From Acidimicrobiales bacterium (GTDB lineage Bacteria; Actinomycetota; Acidimicrobiia; Acidimicrobiales; RAAP-2): 64,000 nt of DNA. The position numbers and the translations under genes are program-made. Shown here piece by piece: positions 10,667 through 18,403 of the stretch. Position 1 is the stretch's first letter. Each line of letters opens with the position of its first letter. The DNA lies in assembly GCA_036501425.1 (NCBI GenBank), contig DASYAI010000016.1:8490-72489 (forward strand). The letters are read 5' to 3'. Below the pieces are notes generated by a model. That model worked only from the letters and a program-made list of their open reading frames with translations. It searched no databases and was not told where the DNA came from.

Positions 10667-12040
10667 GTGATCGCGGGCACCCACTCGGGCGTGGGCAAGA
10701 CCACGGTGGCCACCGGTCTGATGGCGGCGCTCGGCCGCCTCGGCTTCCGGGTGGCGCCGGCCAAGGTGGGGCCCGACTACATCGATCCGGGCTACCACCG
10801 CATCGCCACCGGCCGCGCCGGAGCGAACCTGGATCCGTTCCTCTGCGGCCCCGGGGCGGTGGCGGCGCTGGCCGCGCGGGCGGCCGCGGGCGCCGACCTC
10901 ATGGTGGTGGAGGGGGTCATGGGCCTCTTCGACGGGCTGGGCGCGTCGACGACCGCCAGCACCGCCGAGGTGGCGATCCTGCTCGGGTCCCCGGTCGTGT
11001 TGGTGGTGGACGCGTCGGCGATGAGCGGTTCGGTGAGTGCCCTGGTCGGCGGGTACGACGCACAGCTGCGCGCCATCGGGGGCGCCGGGTTGGGCGGGAT
11101 CGTGCTGAACCGGGTGGGCAGCGACAACCACGAGTCCATCCTGCGCGAGGCGCTCGGCTCGTCCGCCGCCCCGGTCCTGGGAGTGCTGCGGCGGGACCCC
11201 GGTCTCGCCTGGCGCGACCGGCACCTCGGGCTGGTCCCGGTGGTCGAGCAGCCGGCCGAGGTGGCCCGCTCACTCGAGCGGCTGGCCGGGCTCGTCGCCC
11301 GCCACGTCGACCTCGGGGCGGTGGTCGCGCTGGCCCGTCGAGCCCCGTCCCGGCCGGTGGACCGGGCAAGCATCAGGCCGACCCGGTCGGTGTCGACCCG
11401 CCCGGTCCCGGTGGCGGTCGTCGGCGGCCCTGCGTTCCCCTTCGCCTACCCGGACAACCTCAACCGGCTTGCCGAAGCCGGGGCGGAGCTGGTCACGGTC
11501 GACCCCCTGGTGGACCGCGCGCTGCCGCCCGGCGTCCGCGGGCTCTACGCATGCGGCGGCTTCCCCGAGGTCTTCGCCGAGACCCTTTCGGCGAACGAGC
11601 CGCTCCTGGCCGACGTGCGCCGCAGGGTGCGGAGCGGCCTGACGACGTGGGCCGAGTGCGGCGGCCTGTTGTGGCTGGCCGAATCCATCGGGTCCAAACG
11701 GCTCTGCGGCGCCCTTCCGGCGCGGGCCACCATGACCGACCGGGTCACCGTCGGCTACCGCGAGGCGGCCGTCCTGGTCGACAACCCGGTGGCCGCTGCG
11801 GGCACGGCCCTGCGGGGCCACGAGCTGCACTACGCGACCTTGGATCCCCCCGGCGAGGCCCTGCGTTTGGTCGGCCGGGCGGGCCACGTGGTGAGCGGGT
11901 GGGCGGGGCCGACCCTTCTCGCGTCCTTCCTCCACCTCCATCTCGGTGCCGATCCGGGCCCCGCCGAGCGGTTCGTCGGCTGCGCCGCCGGCTCGGCGCC
12001 GCGGGGAGGGCCCGGTGATCGGGCTCCGTACACTGGATAA
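10667..12040 (+). CDS. cobB: Cobyrinic acid a,c-diamide synthase CobB/CbiA
   Basis: Part of track ORF 10175..12040. Motifs: VIAGTHSGVGKTTVATGL and a C-terminal GATase nucleophile (TWAECGGLLWL). The start is uncertain: GTG 10667 was chosen, and an unusual start near 10610 is possible. Confidence 0.85.
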   Translation: MIAGTHSGVGKTTVATGLMAALGRLGFRVAPAKVGPDYIDPGYHRIATGRAGANLDPFLCGPGAVAALAARAAAGADLMVVEGVMGLFDGLGASTTASTAEVAILLGSPVVLVVDASAMSGSVSALVGGYDAQLRAIGGAGLGGIVLNRVGSDNHESILREALGSSAAPVLGVLRRDPGLAWRDRHLGLVPVVEQPAEVARSLERLAGLVARHVDLGAVVALARRAPSRPVDRASIRPTRSVSTRPVPVAVVGGPAFPFAYPDNLNRLAEAGAELVTVDPLVDRALPPGVRGLYACGGFPEVFAETLSANEPLLADVRRRVRSGLTTWAECGGLLWLAESIGSKRLCGALPARATMTDRVTVGYREAAVLVDNPVAAAGTALRGHELHYATLDPPGEALRLVGRAGHVVSGWAGPTLLASFLHLHLGADPGPAERFVGCAAGSAPRGGPGDRAPYTG

Positions 12041-13927
12041 ATGCCACCGGCGGGGAGGGGGATGGGCTACGGCGGAATGCGCTCGTTCCGCCAGGACCGC
12101 GCCGTCCTGCGGCACCGGGTGGCCAAGGGGACGACCAGGCGGATGCTGCGCTTCGCCGCCCCCTACCGCCGGATCCTCGCCGTGTTCCTTCCGGTCGTAG
12201 TGCTCGACGCCGCGGTGGGCGCGATCAACCCGCTCATCCTGCGAGGCATCATCGACAAGGGCATCCTCGGCCACCGCACCGGGCTCATCATGGCCCTGGC
12301 GGGGCTGGCCGCCGTGCTGGCGCTGGCCGACGCCGGCCTTTCGCTGTTCGAGCGTCGCACCTCGGCCGTCGTGGGCGAGGGACTGATCTTCGACATGCGT
12401 ACGAAGGTCTTCCGGCACATCCAACGGATGCCGCTCGCCTTCTTCACCCGCACCCAGACCGGAGCGCTGGTCAGCCGGCTGAACAACGACGTCATCGGGG
12501 CGCAGCAGGCGTTCACCGACCTGCTGTCCAACGTGGTCGGCAACGTCATCACCGTCGGCATCGTCCTGGTGGCCATGTTCTTCCTGTCGTGGCAGATCAC
12601 CCTGGTCTCCCTGGTGCTCCTACCCGCGTTCTTGATCCCCGCCCGGCTCGTCGGGCGTCGGCTGGGGGCCATGACCCGCGAGAGCTACGACCTCAACGCC
12701 CAGATGAACATGGTGATGAACGAGCGCTTCAACGTGTCGGGCGCGCTGCTGGTGAAGCTCTACGGCCGCACCGATGCCGAGGCCACCCACTTCGAGCAAC
12801 GGGCGGCCCGGGTGCGCGACATCGGGATCTCCCAGGCCCTCTACGCCCGGCTGTTCATGGTGGCCCTGACGCTCACGGCCGCCCTGGCCACGGCCTTCGC
12901 CTACGCCTTCGGCGGCGTGGCCGCCGTCCACGGGACGCTCGCCGTGGGCACCGTCGTGGCGCTGACCGCCTACCTCGGCCGGCTGTACCAACCGTTGACC
13001 CAGCTGTCGAACCTCAACCTCGACGTCATGACCACCCTGGTCTCCTTCGAGCGCATCTTCGAGGTGCTCGACCTGGTGCCGATGCTCGAGCCGGGGCCGG
13101 GAAGGATCCCCGAGGGACCGGCGACGGTCGAGCTCGACCACGTCGACTTCGCCTACCCCGGAGCCAGCGAGGTCTCCCTCGCCTCGCTGGAGGCGGTGGC
13201 GGTGCTCGAGCGCACCGACCGCCACGAAGTGCTCCACGACGTCTCGTTCCGGGTCGAGCCGGGCCAGATGGTGGCGCTGGTGGGGCCGTCCGGAGCGGGC
13301 AAGACGACCATCTCGGCACTGGTGGCCCGGCTCTACGACCCCACCGCCGGCAGCGTGCGGGTGGGCGGCACCGACGTCCGCGAGGTGAGCTTCGAGTCCC
13401 TCCACGAGGTGGTCGGCATGGTGACCCAGGACCCCCACCTCTTCCACGACTCGCTGCGCGCCAACCTGCTCTACGCCCGACCCTCCGCCACCGAGGCGGA
13501 GCTGTGGGCGGCGCTGGAGCAGGCTCAGATCCTGCCGCTGGTCCGCTCGCTGCCCGACGGGCTCGACACGGTGGTCGGCGACCGGGGCTACCGGCTGTCG
13601 GGGGGCGAGAAGCAGCGGGTCGCGCTGGCCCGGCTCATCCTCAAGGCGCCGGCGGTCGTGGTCCTCGACGAGGCCACCGCGCACCTCGACTCAGAGTCCG
13701 AGGCGGCGGTGCAGGAGGCGCTCCGGACGGCGCTGGCCGGGCGTACGTCGGTCGTGATCGCCCACCGGCTCTCGACGATCCGCGAGGCGGACCGGGTACT
13801 GGTCGTCGACGCCGGGCGGATCGTCGAGCGGGGCACCCACGCCGAGCTGTTGGCGCTCGACGGGCTCTACGCCGAGCTCTACCGGACCCAGTTCGCCGAC
13901 CAGGACGCCGCGACGCCCTACCCTTGA
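12041..13927 (+). CDS. ABC transporter, fused six-TM permease + ATPase (exporter-fold half-transporter)
   Basis: Track ORF of 628 aa. An N-terminal ABC_membrane-like region is followed by an NBD with GPSGAGKTT, LSGGEKQRVALAR and VVVLDEATAHLD. The start abuts the cobB stop (TAAATG). An internal Met (M8 or M13) could be the real start. Confidence 0.85.
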   Translation: MPPAGRGMGYGGMRSFRQDRAVLRHRVAKGTTRRMLRFAAPYRRILAVFLPVVVLDAAVGAINPLILRGIIDKGILGHRTGLIMALAGLAAVLALADAGLSLFERRTSAVVGEGLIFDMRTKVFRHIQRMPLAFFTRTQTGALVSRLNNDVIGAQQAFTDLLSNVVGNVITVGIVLVAMFFLSWQITLVSLVLLPAFLIPARLVGRRLGAMTRESYDLNAQMNMVMNERFNVSGALLVKLYGRTDAEATHFEQRAARVRDIGISQALYARLFMVALTLTAALATAFAYAFGGVAAVHGTLAVGTVVALTAYLGRLYQPLTQLSNLNLDVMTTLVSFERIFEVLDLVPMLEPGPGRIPEGPATVELDHVDFAYPGASEVSLASLEAVAVLERTDRHEVLHDVSFRVEPGQMVALVGPSGAGKTTISALVARLYDPTAGSVRVGGTDVREVSFESLHEVVGMVTQDPHLFHDSLRANLLYARPSATEAELWAALEQAQILPLVRSLPDGLDTVVGDRGYRLSGGEKQRVALARLILKAPAVVVLDEATAHLDSESEAAVQEALRTALAGRTSVVIAHRLSTIREADRVLVVDAGRIVERGTHAELLALDGLYAELYRTQFADQDAATPYP

Positions 13928-13952
13928 GCGCCATGATCCACCGCTGGCCGGC

Positions 13953-14660
13953 GTGGCCGGCGTGACCGGCAAGCTGACCGGCGTCGGCGTGGGCCCCGGC
14001 GATCCGGAGCTCCTCACCCGGCGCGCCCTGCGCATCCTGGGCGAAGCCGACCGGGTGGTCGCCCCCACCACCTCCCCCGACGAGCCCGGAAGGGCCGAGA
14101 CCGTCGTGCTCGAGGCCCTGCCCGGGCTCGCGGTGACCCGGCTCCCGTTCGACATGTCCCTGCGTGACGTGCCCCGGCTCGATGCGGCGCGCCCGCTGGT
14201 GCCGTGGCTCGACGCGGGCGAGCACGTGGCGTTCGTGACCCTGGGCGACCCCAACGTCTACAGCACGTTCGGTGCGGTCGCCCGGGCCCTCGAGGTCCTC
14301 GGGTGCCCGGTTGACGTGGCCACGGTGCCGGGGATCATGGCCTTCCAAGAGCTGGCCGCCCGGAGCGGGACGGTCCTGGTCGACGGCATCGAGGGGCTCT
14401 CGCTGGTGACCGCGCTCGACGGGGTCGGCCACGTCGCCGAGGCGCTCGAGGACCCGACCAGGGCCGTGATCGTCTACAAGGGGGGTCGCCACGTGCCGGC
14501 GATCGCCCGGCTCCTCGCCGACCGCGGCCGCCTCGACGGGGCGGTGGTGGGCGAGCTGCTCGGGCTGCCCGGCGAGCGGATCGCCGCCGTGGACCCGAGC
14601 GCCGCCGCCGCCTCCTACCTCGTCGCGGTCATCGTCCCGCCGGCCGGGCGGCGCGGGTGA
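13953..14660 (+). CDS. cobI: Precorrin-2 / cobalt-factor-II C20-methyltransferase (CobI/CbiL)
   Basis: Track ORF of 235 aa with GVGVGPGDPELLTRRA and VTLGDPNVYSTF. GTG start; GTG 13962 is an alternative. Confidence 0.85.
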   Translation: MAGVTGKLTGVGVGPGDPELLTRRALRILGEADRVVAPTTSPDEPGRAETVVLEALPGLAVTRLPFDMSLRDVPRLDAARPLVPWLDAGEHVAFVTLGDPNVYSTFGAVARALEVLGCPVDVATVPGIMAFQELAARSGTVLVDGIEGLSLVTALDGVGHVAEALEDPTRAVIVYKGGRHVPAIARLLADRGRLDGAVVGELLGLPGERIAAVDPSAAAASYLVAVIVPPAGRRG

Positions 14661-15463
14661 CGGCCGGCCGCATCAGCTTCGTGGGCGCCGGGCCCGGGGC
14701 GCCGGACCTGATCACCCTCCGGGGGGCGCAGCGTCTCGCCCGGGCGGACGTGGTGATCTGGGCGTCCTCGCTCGTCCCCGAGGCCCTCCTCTCCCACGCC
14801 GGCGCCGGCAGCGTGGTGCACGACTCGGCCTCCATGACCCTCGAGGACGTCCTGGCCGTCTACCAGGCTCACCCCGACGCGGCCATCGTGCGGCTGCACT
14901 CGGGGGACCCCTCGCTCTACGGCGCCATCCAGGAGCAGATCGATTGGTGCGAGCGCGAGGGGCGCCAGTACGAGGTCGTGCCCGGGGTGTCCTCGCTGGG
15001 GGCCGGCGCGGCGGCGGCCCGGCGGGAGCTGACGGTGCCCGAGGTGGCCCAGAGCGTGGTGGTGACCCGGCTGGCGAGCCGGACCGGTCGGTCCATGCCC
15101 GACGCCGAGACGATCGGGGCCTTCGCCGCCACCGGCTGCACCCTGGCCGTCTTCCTGTCTGCCGCCCGGCCGGGGGCGCTCGAGGCGGAGCTGCTCGCGC
15201 CCCCGAGCCGCTACACGCCCGACACCCCGGCGGTGATCGTGGTCCGGGCCACCTGGCCGGACGAGCAGGTCGTGGTGTCCCGCTGCGGTCGCCTCGCCGA
15301 GGACCTGCGAGCCACCGGGGCCACCACGACGGTCCTGGTGCTCGTCGGGCCGGCCCTGGCCGGCGCGGCGCCCCGCAGCCACCTCTACGCCCCGGACTTC
15401 GCCCACGGGCACCGCCGGCGCTCGGCCCCGGGGTCGACGGCTGGGCGGCCCGCCCGTGGTTGA
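14657..15463 (+). CDS. cobM: Precorrin-4 / cobalt-precorrin-4 C11-methyltransferase (CobM/CbiF)
   Basis: Track ORF of 268 aa with ISFVGAGPGAPDLITLRG, HSGDPSLYGA and VPGVSS. GTGA overlap with the cobI stop. Confidence 0.88.
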   Translation: MTAGRISFVGAGPGAPDLITLRGAQRLARADVVIWASSLVPEALLSHAGAGSVVHDSASMTLEDVLAVYQAHPDAAIVRLHSGDPSLYGAIQEQIDWCEREGRQYEVVPGVSSLGAGAAAARRELTVPEVAQSVVVTRLASRTGRSMPDAETIGAFAATGCTLAVFLSAARPGALEAELLAPPSRYTPDTPAVIVVRATWPDEQVVVSRCGRLAEDLRATGATTTVLVLVGPALAGAAPRSHLYAPDFAHGHRRRSAPGSTAGRPARG

Positions 15464-16718
15464 GGCACCGATCGTCACCGTCATCGGGCTGGCGAGCGAC
15501 CGGCTGGGCGACCTGTCACGCGACGCCGTGGACGCGTTGGGCTCGGCCGAGCTGGTCGTCGGGGGCGAGCGGCACCTGGCCGCCTGGCGATCGTGGCGCC
15601 CGCTCCTCGGGGCCGACGCCGACGCCGCCGGCCGGGTCGAGATGCTGGCGATCGGGGCCGACGCCGACGCCGCCGCGCTCGAGGTCCGCCGGGCGGCGGT
15701 CGACGGTGGGCGCCGGGTCTGCGTGCTGGCGTCGGGGGATCCGGGCTTCTTCGGCATCCTCCGGGCGCTCCTCCGAGCGCTGGACCGGCGGAGCCTGCGG
15801 GTGCTGCCCGCTGCGTCCTCGGTGGCCGTGGCGTTCGCCCGCCTGGGCCTCCCCTGGGACGACGCAGCTGTCGTGTCGGCCCACGGTCGGCCCCTGGTGG
15901 ACGCGGTCCGCGCCGCCCGCACGCGCCCCAAGGTGGCGGTGCTCACCTCACCGGACGCGCCACCCCAGGCCCTCGGATCGGCCCTGGTCGACCTCGGGCT
16001 GAGCTTCGACCTGGTGGCGGTGTGCAGCAGCCTGGGGACGCCGAGCGAGTCGGTGGACGAGCTGGACCTGGCGCAGCTCGCTGCTGGGTCGTTCGATCCG
16101 CTGTCCGTGGTGGTGCTGGTGGGGCCGGCCGGATTGCCCCCCGTCGGGTGGTCCCCCGCCGGCGGGTCGCCCAAGCCCCTCGGGTGGGGGTTGCCCGACG
16201 ACCGGTTCGCCCACCGCGCCGGCATGATCACCAAGGCCGAGGTCCGCTCGGTCGTCCTGGGGAAGCTCGAGTTGCCACCGACCGGGGTGCTCTGGGACGT
16301 CGGTGCCGGCAGCGCCAGCGTGGCCATCGAGGCAGCACTGGCCCGTCCGGGGATGACCGTCCTGGCCGTCGAGGCGTCGCCGGAGGCCGCCGCGCAGGCG
16401 ACCGCCAACGTGGCCGACCTGCAGGCCGGGGTCCACGTCGTCCTCGGGCGGGCACCCGAGGTCCTGGCCACCCTTCCGGCGCCCGACCGGGTGTTCGTGG
16501 GCGGCGGCGGGCTCGAGGTCCTCAGGTCGGTCCTCGGCCACCTGGGCCCGGGCGGCCGGGCGGTGGCGACCTTCGCCGCGCTGGACCGGGCGGCGGCGGC
16601 GGGCGAGCTGCTGGGCAACCTGGCCCAGATCGCGGTGTCCGCCGGCGAGCGGCTGCCCGACGGCGCCTGGCGGCTGGCGGCGCGCAACCCGGTCTTCGTG
16701 GCGTGGGGGCCCACGTGA
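15456..16718 (+). CDS. cobL: Precorrin-6Y C5,15-methyltransferase (decarboxylating), CbiE+CbiT fusion (CobL)
   Basis: Track ORF of 420 aa. The N-terminal half is tetrapyrrole-methylase-like (VLASGDPGFFGI). The C-terminal half is a class I SAM methyltransferase (ITKAEVRSVVLGKLELPPTGVLWDVGAGSASVAIEAA). Confidence 0.85.
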   Translation: MVEAPIVTVIGLASDRLGDLSRDAVDALGSAELVVGGERHLAAWRSWRPLLGADADAAGRVEMLAIGADADAAALEVRRAAVDGGRRVCVLASGDPGFFGILRALLRALDRRSLRVLPAASSVAVAFARLGLPWDDAAVVSAHGRPLVDAVRAARTRPKVAVLTSPDAPPQALGSALVDLGLSFDLVAVCSSLGTPSESVDELDLAQLAAGSFDPLSVVVLVGPAGLPPVGWSPAGGSPKPLGWGLPDDRFAHRAGMITKAEVRSVVLGKLELPPTGVLWDVGAGSASVAIEAALARPGMTVLAVEASPEAAAQATANVADLQAGVHVVLGRAPEVLATLPAPDRVFVGGGGLEVLRSVLGHLGPGGRAVATFAALDRAAAAGELLGNLAQIAVSAGERLPDGAWRLAARNPVFVAWGPT

Positions 16719-18403
16719 GGGTGGTCACGCTCAGCGTGAGCGAGCCGGGGCGGGTCCTCGGCACCCGCCTCCCGTTCCCCCTGGTCCACGGCGATCCCGC
16801 CCGGACGTTGCGCACCAGGTGGCATCAGGTCGACGCGTTCGTGGCGGTGCTGGCGGTCGGGGCCACCGTCCGGCTGATCGCCCCGCTGCTGGCGGACAAG
16901 GCGACCGACCCGGCCGTCGTCTGCCTCGACGACGCCGGTCGGCACGCCGTCGTCCTCTGCGGCGCCCACCGGGGCGGCAACGAGCTCGCCCGCGAGCTGG
17001 CCGGCCTGGTCGGGGCCGAGCCGGTGCTCACCACCGCGACCGACGCCCTCGGGATCGTCGCGCTGGACCAGTTGCCCGGCGTGGTCGCCCGGGGTGACGT
17101 GGCGGGGGCCACCTCGCTCGTCCTCGCCGGGGCCGGGCTGGCCGTCTCGAGCCCGTCGGGCTGGCCGGTGCCGCCCGCCCTGGCGGCGCTGGACGATCCG
17201 ACGTCCCCGGCGTCGGTGGTCGTCACCGACGCCGTGTCGAGCCCGGGCGCGACGGTCGTCCTGCACCCCCCGTCGCTCGTGGTGGGCATCGGAACCTCGC
17301 GGGACGCCACGCCGGCCGAGGCCCGCGCCGCCGTGCAGGGGGCCCTCCGCCGCTCGGGGCTGGCCCAACCCTCCGTCGGGCGGGTGAGCACGATCGACCG
17401 CCGGGCGACCCATGACGCGGTGGTGGGGGTCGCGGCGACCCTGGGGGCGGGCCTGACCGCCTACGGGGCCGATCAGTTGGACGCGGTGGCCGTGCCCAAC
17501 CCCAGCGACACCGTCCGGCGGGCCGTCGGTACGGCCTCGGTCGCCGAGGCCGCCGCCATCCTCGGGGCCGGGCCCGGTGGCCGGCTGGCGGTCGAGAAGC
17601 AGTCCAGCGCCCGGGTCACCGTGGCCATCGCCCGCCGGGGCCGGCCCGAGGGCGGGCTCGCCGTCGTCGGCCTGGGCCCCGGACGCCCCGAGCACCGGAC
17701 CCCTGCCGCAACCCGGGCCGTGCGGCACGCCGAGGTGGTGGTCGGGTACCAGGGGTACCTCGACCAGTGCCACGACCTGCTGGAGCGGGCGCAAGAGGTG
17801 CGGGCGTTCCCGCTCGGCGCCGAAATGGAACGGGCCCGCTACGCCCTCGAGGAGGCCGAAGCCGGCCGGCGGGTCGCCCTGGTGTGCTCGGGGGACGCCG
17901 GGGTGTACGCCATGGCCTCGCCGGTGCTGGAGTTGGCCGGGACGCCCGGGGCCGACGGCCGCTCCCCCTTCGCCGGCGTCGAGGTCGAGCTGGTGCCCGG
18001 GGTGACCGCCTCGTTGGCCGCCGCCGCCGTCCTCGGGGCCCCGCTCGGCCACGACCACGCGGTGATCAGCCTGTCGGACCTGCACACTCCGTGGGAGCGG
18101 ATCGCCGAGCGGGTCACCGCGGCGGCGGCGAGCGACTTCGTCATCGTGCTCTACAACCCCCGGTCGGCCCGTCGGACATGGCAGATCGAGACGGTCAAGC
18201 AGATCGTGCTCGAGCATCGCGACCCGGCGACGCCGGTCGGCCTGGTCACCGACGCCGGCCGCGCCGGGCAACGGTCCCGCATCGTCGCCCTCGCCGACCT
18301 GCCCTGCGACCAGGTGACCATGACGACCTGCGTGATCGTGGGCAGCTCGACGACCCGGACGGCGGGCGGGCGGATGGTGACCCCGAGGGGGTACGACCGG
18401 TGA
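16715..18403 (+). CDS. cobJ: CbiG-like (cobalt-precorrin-5A hydrolase) fused to precorrin-3B C17-methyltransferase (CobJ/CbiH)
   Basis: Last 562 aa of track ORF 15593..18403, starting at GTG 16715 (GTGA overlap with cobL). The CbiG part has AVLAVGATVRLIAPLL and GTASVAEAAAILGAG. The CobJ part has LAVVGLGPGRPEHRTPAATRAV, VCSGDAGVYAMA and VPGVTA. Confidence 0.8.
   Translation: MRVVTLSVSEPGRVLGTRLPFPLVHGDPARTLRTRWHQVDAFVAVLAVGATVRLIAPLLADKATDPAVVCLDDAGRHAVVLCGAHRGGNELARELAGLVGAEPVLTTATDALGIVALDQLPGVVARGDVAGATSLVLAGAGLAVSSPSGWPVPPALAALDDPTSPASVVVTDAVSSPGATVVLHPPSLVVGIGTSRDATPAEARAAVQGALRRSGLAQPSVGRVSTIDRRATHDAVVGVAATLGAGLTAYGADQLDAVAVPNPSDTVRRAVGTASVAEAAAILGAGPGGRLAVEKQSSARVTVAIARRGRPEGGLAVVGLGPGRPEHRTPAATRAVRHAEVVVGYQGYLDQCHDLLERAQEVRAFPLGAEMERARYALEEAEAGRRVALVCSGDAGVYAMASPVLELAGTPGADGRSPFAGVEVELVPGVTASLAAAAVLGAPLGHDHAVISLSDLHTPWERIAERVTAAAASDFVIVLYNPRSARRTWQIETVKQIVLEHRDPATPVGLVTDAGRAGQRSRIVALADLPCDQVTMTTCVIVGSSTTRTAGGRMVTPRGYDR

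Noticed and set aside
14615-18271. The 1218-aa minus-strand ORF, and similar long ORFs (1671..5153 plus, 19937..22033 plus, 55635..58208 minus, 42481..44277 minus)
   Set aside because: They run antisense or out of frame to well-supported genes. Their composition is extreme in Arg/Gly/Pro with no motifs. They are the typical stop-poor shadow ORFs of high-GC DNA.
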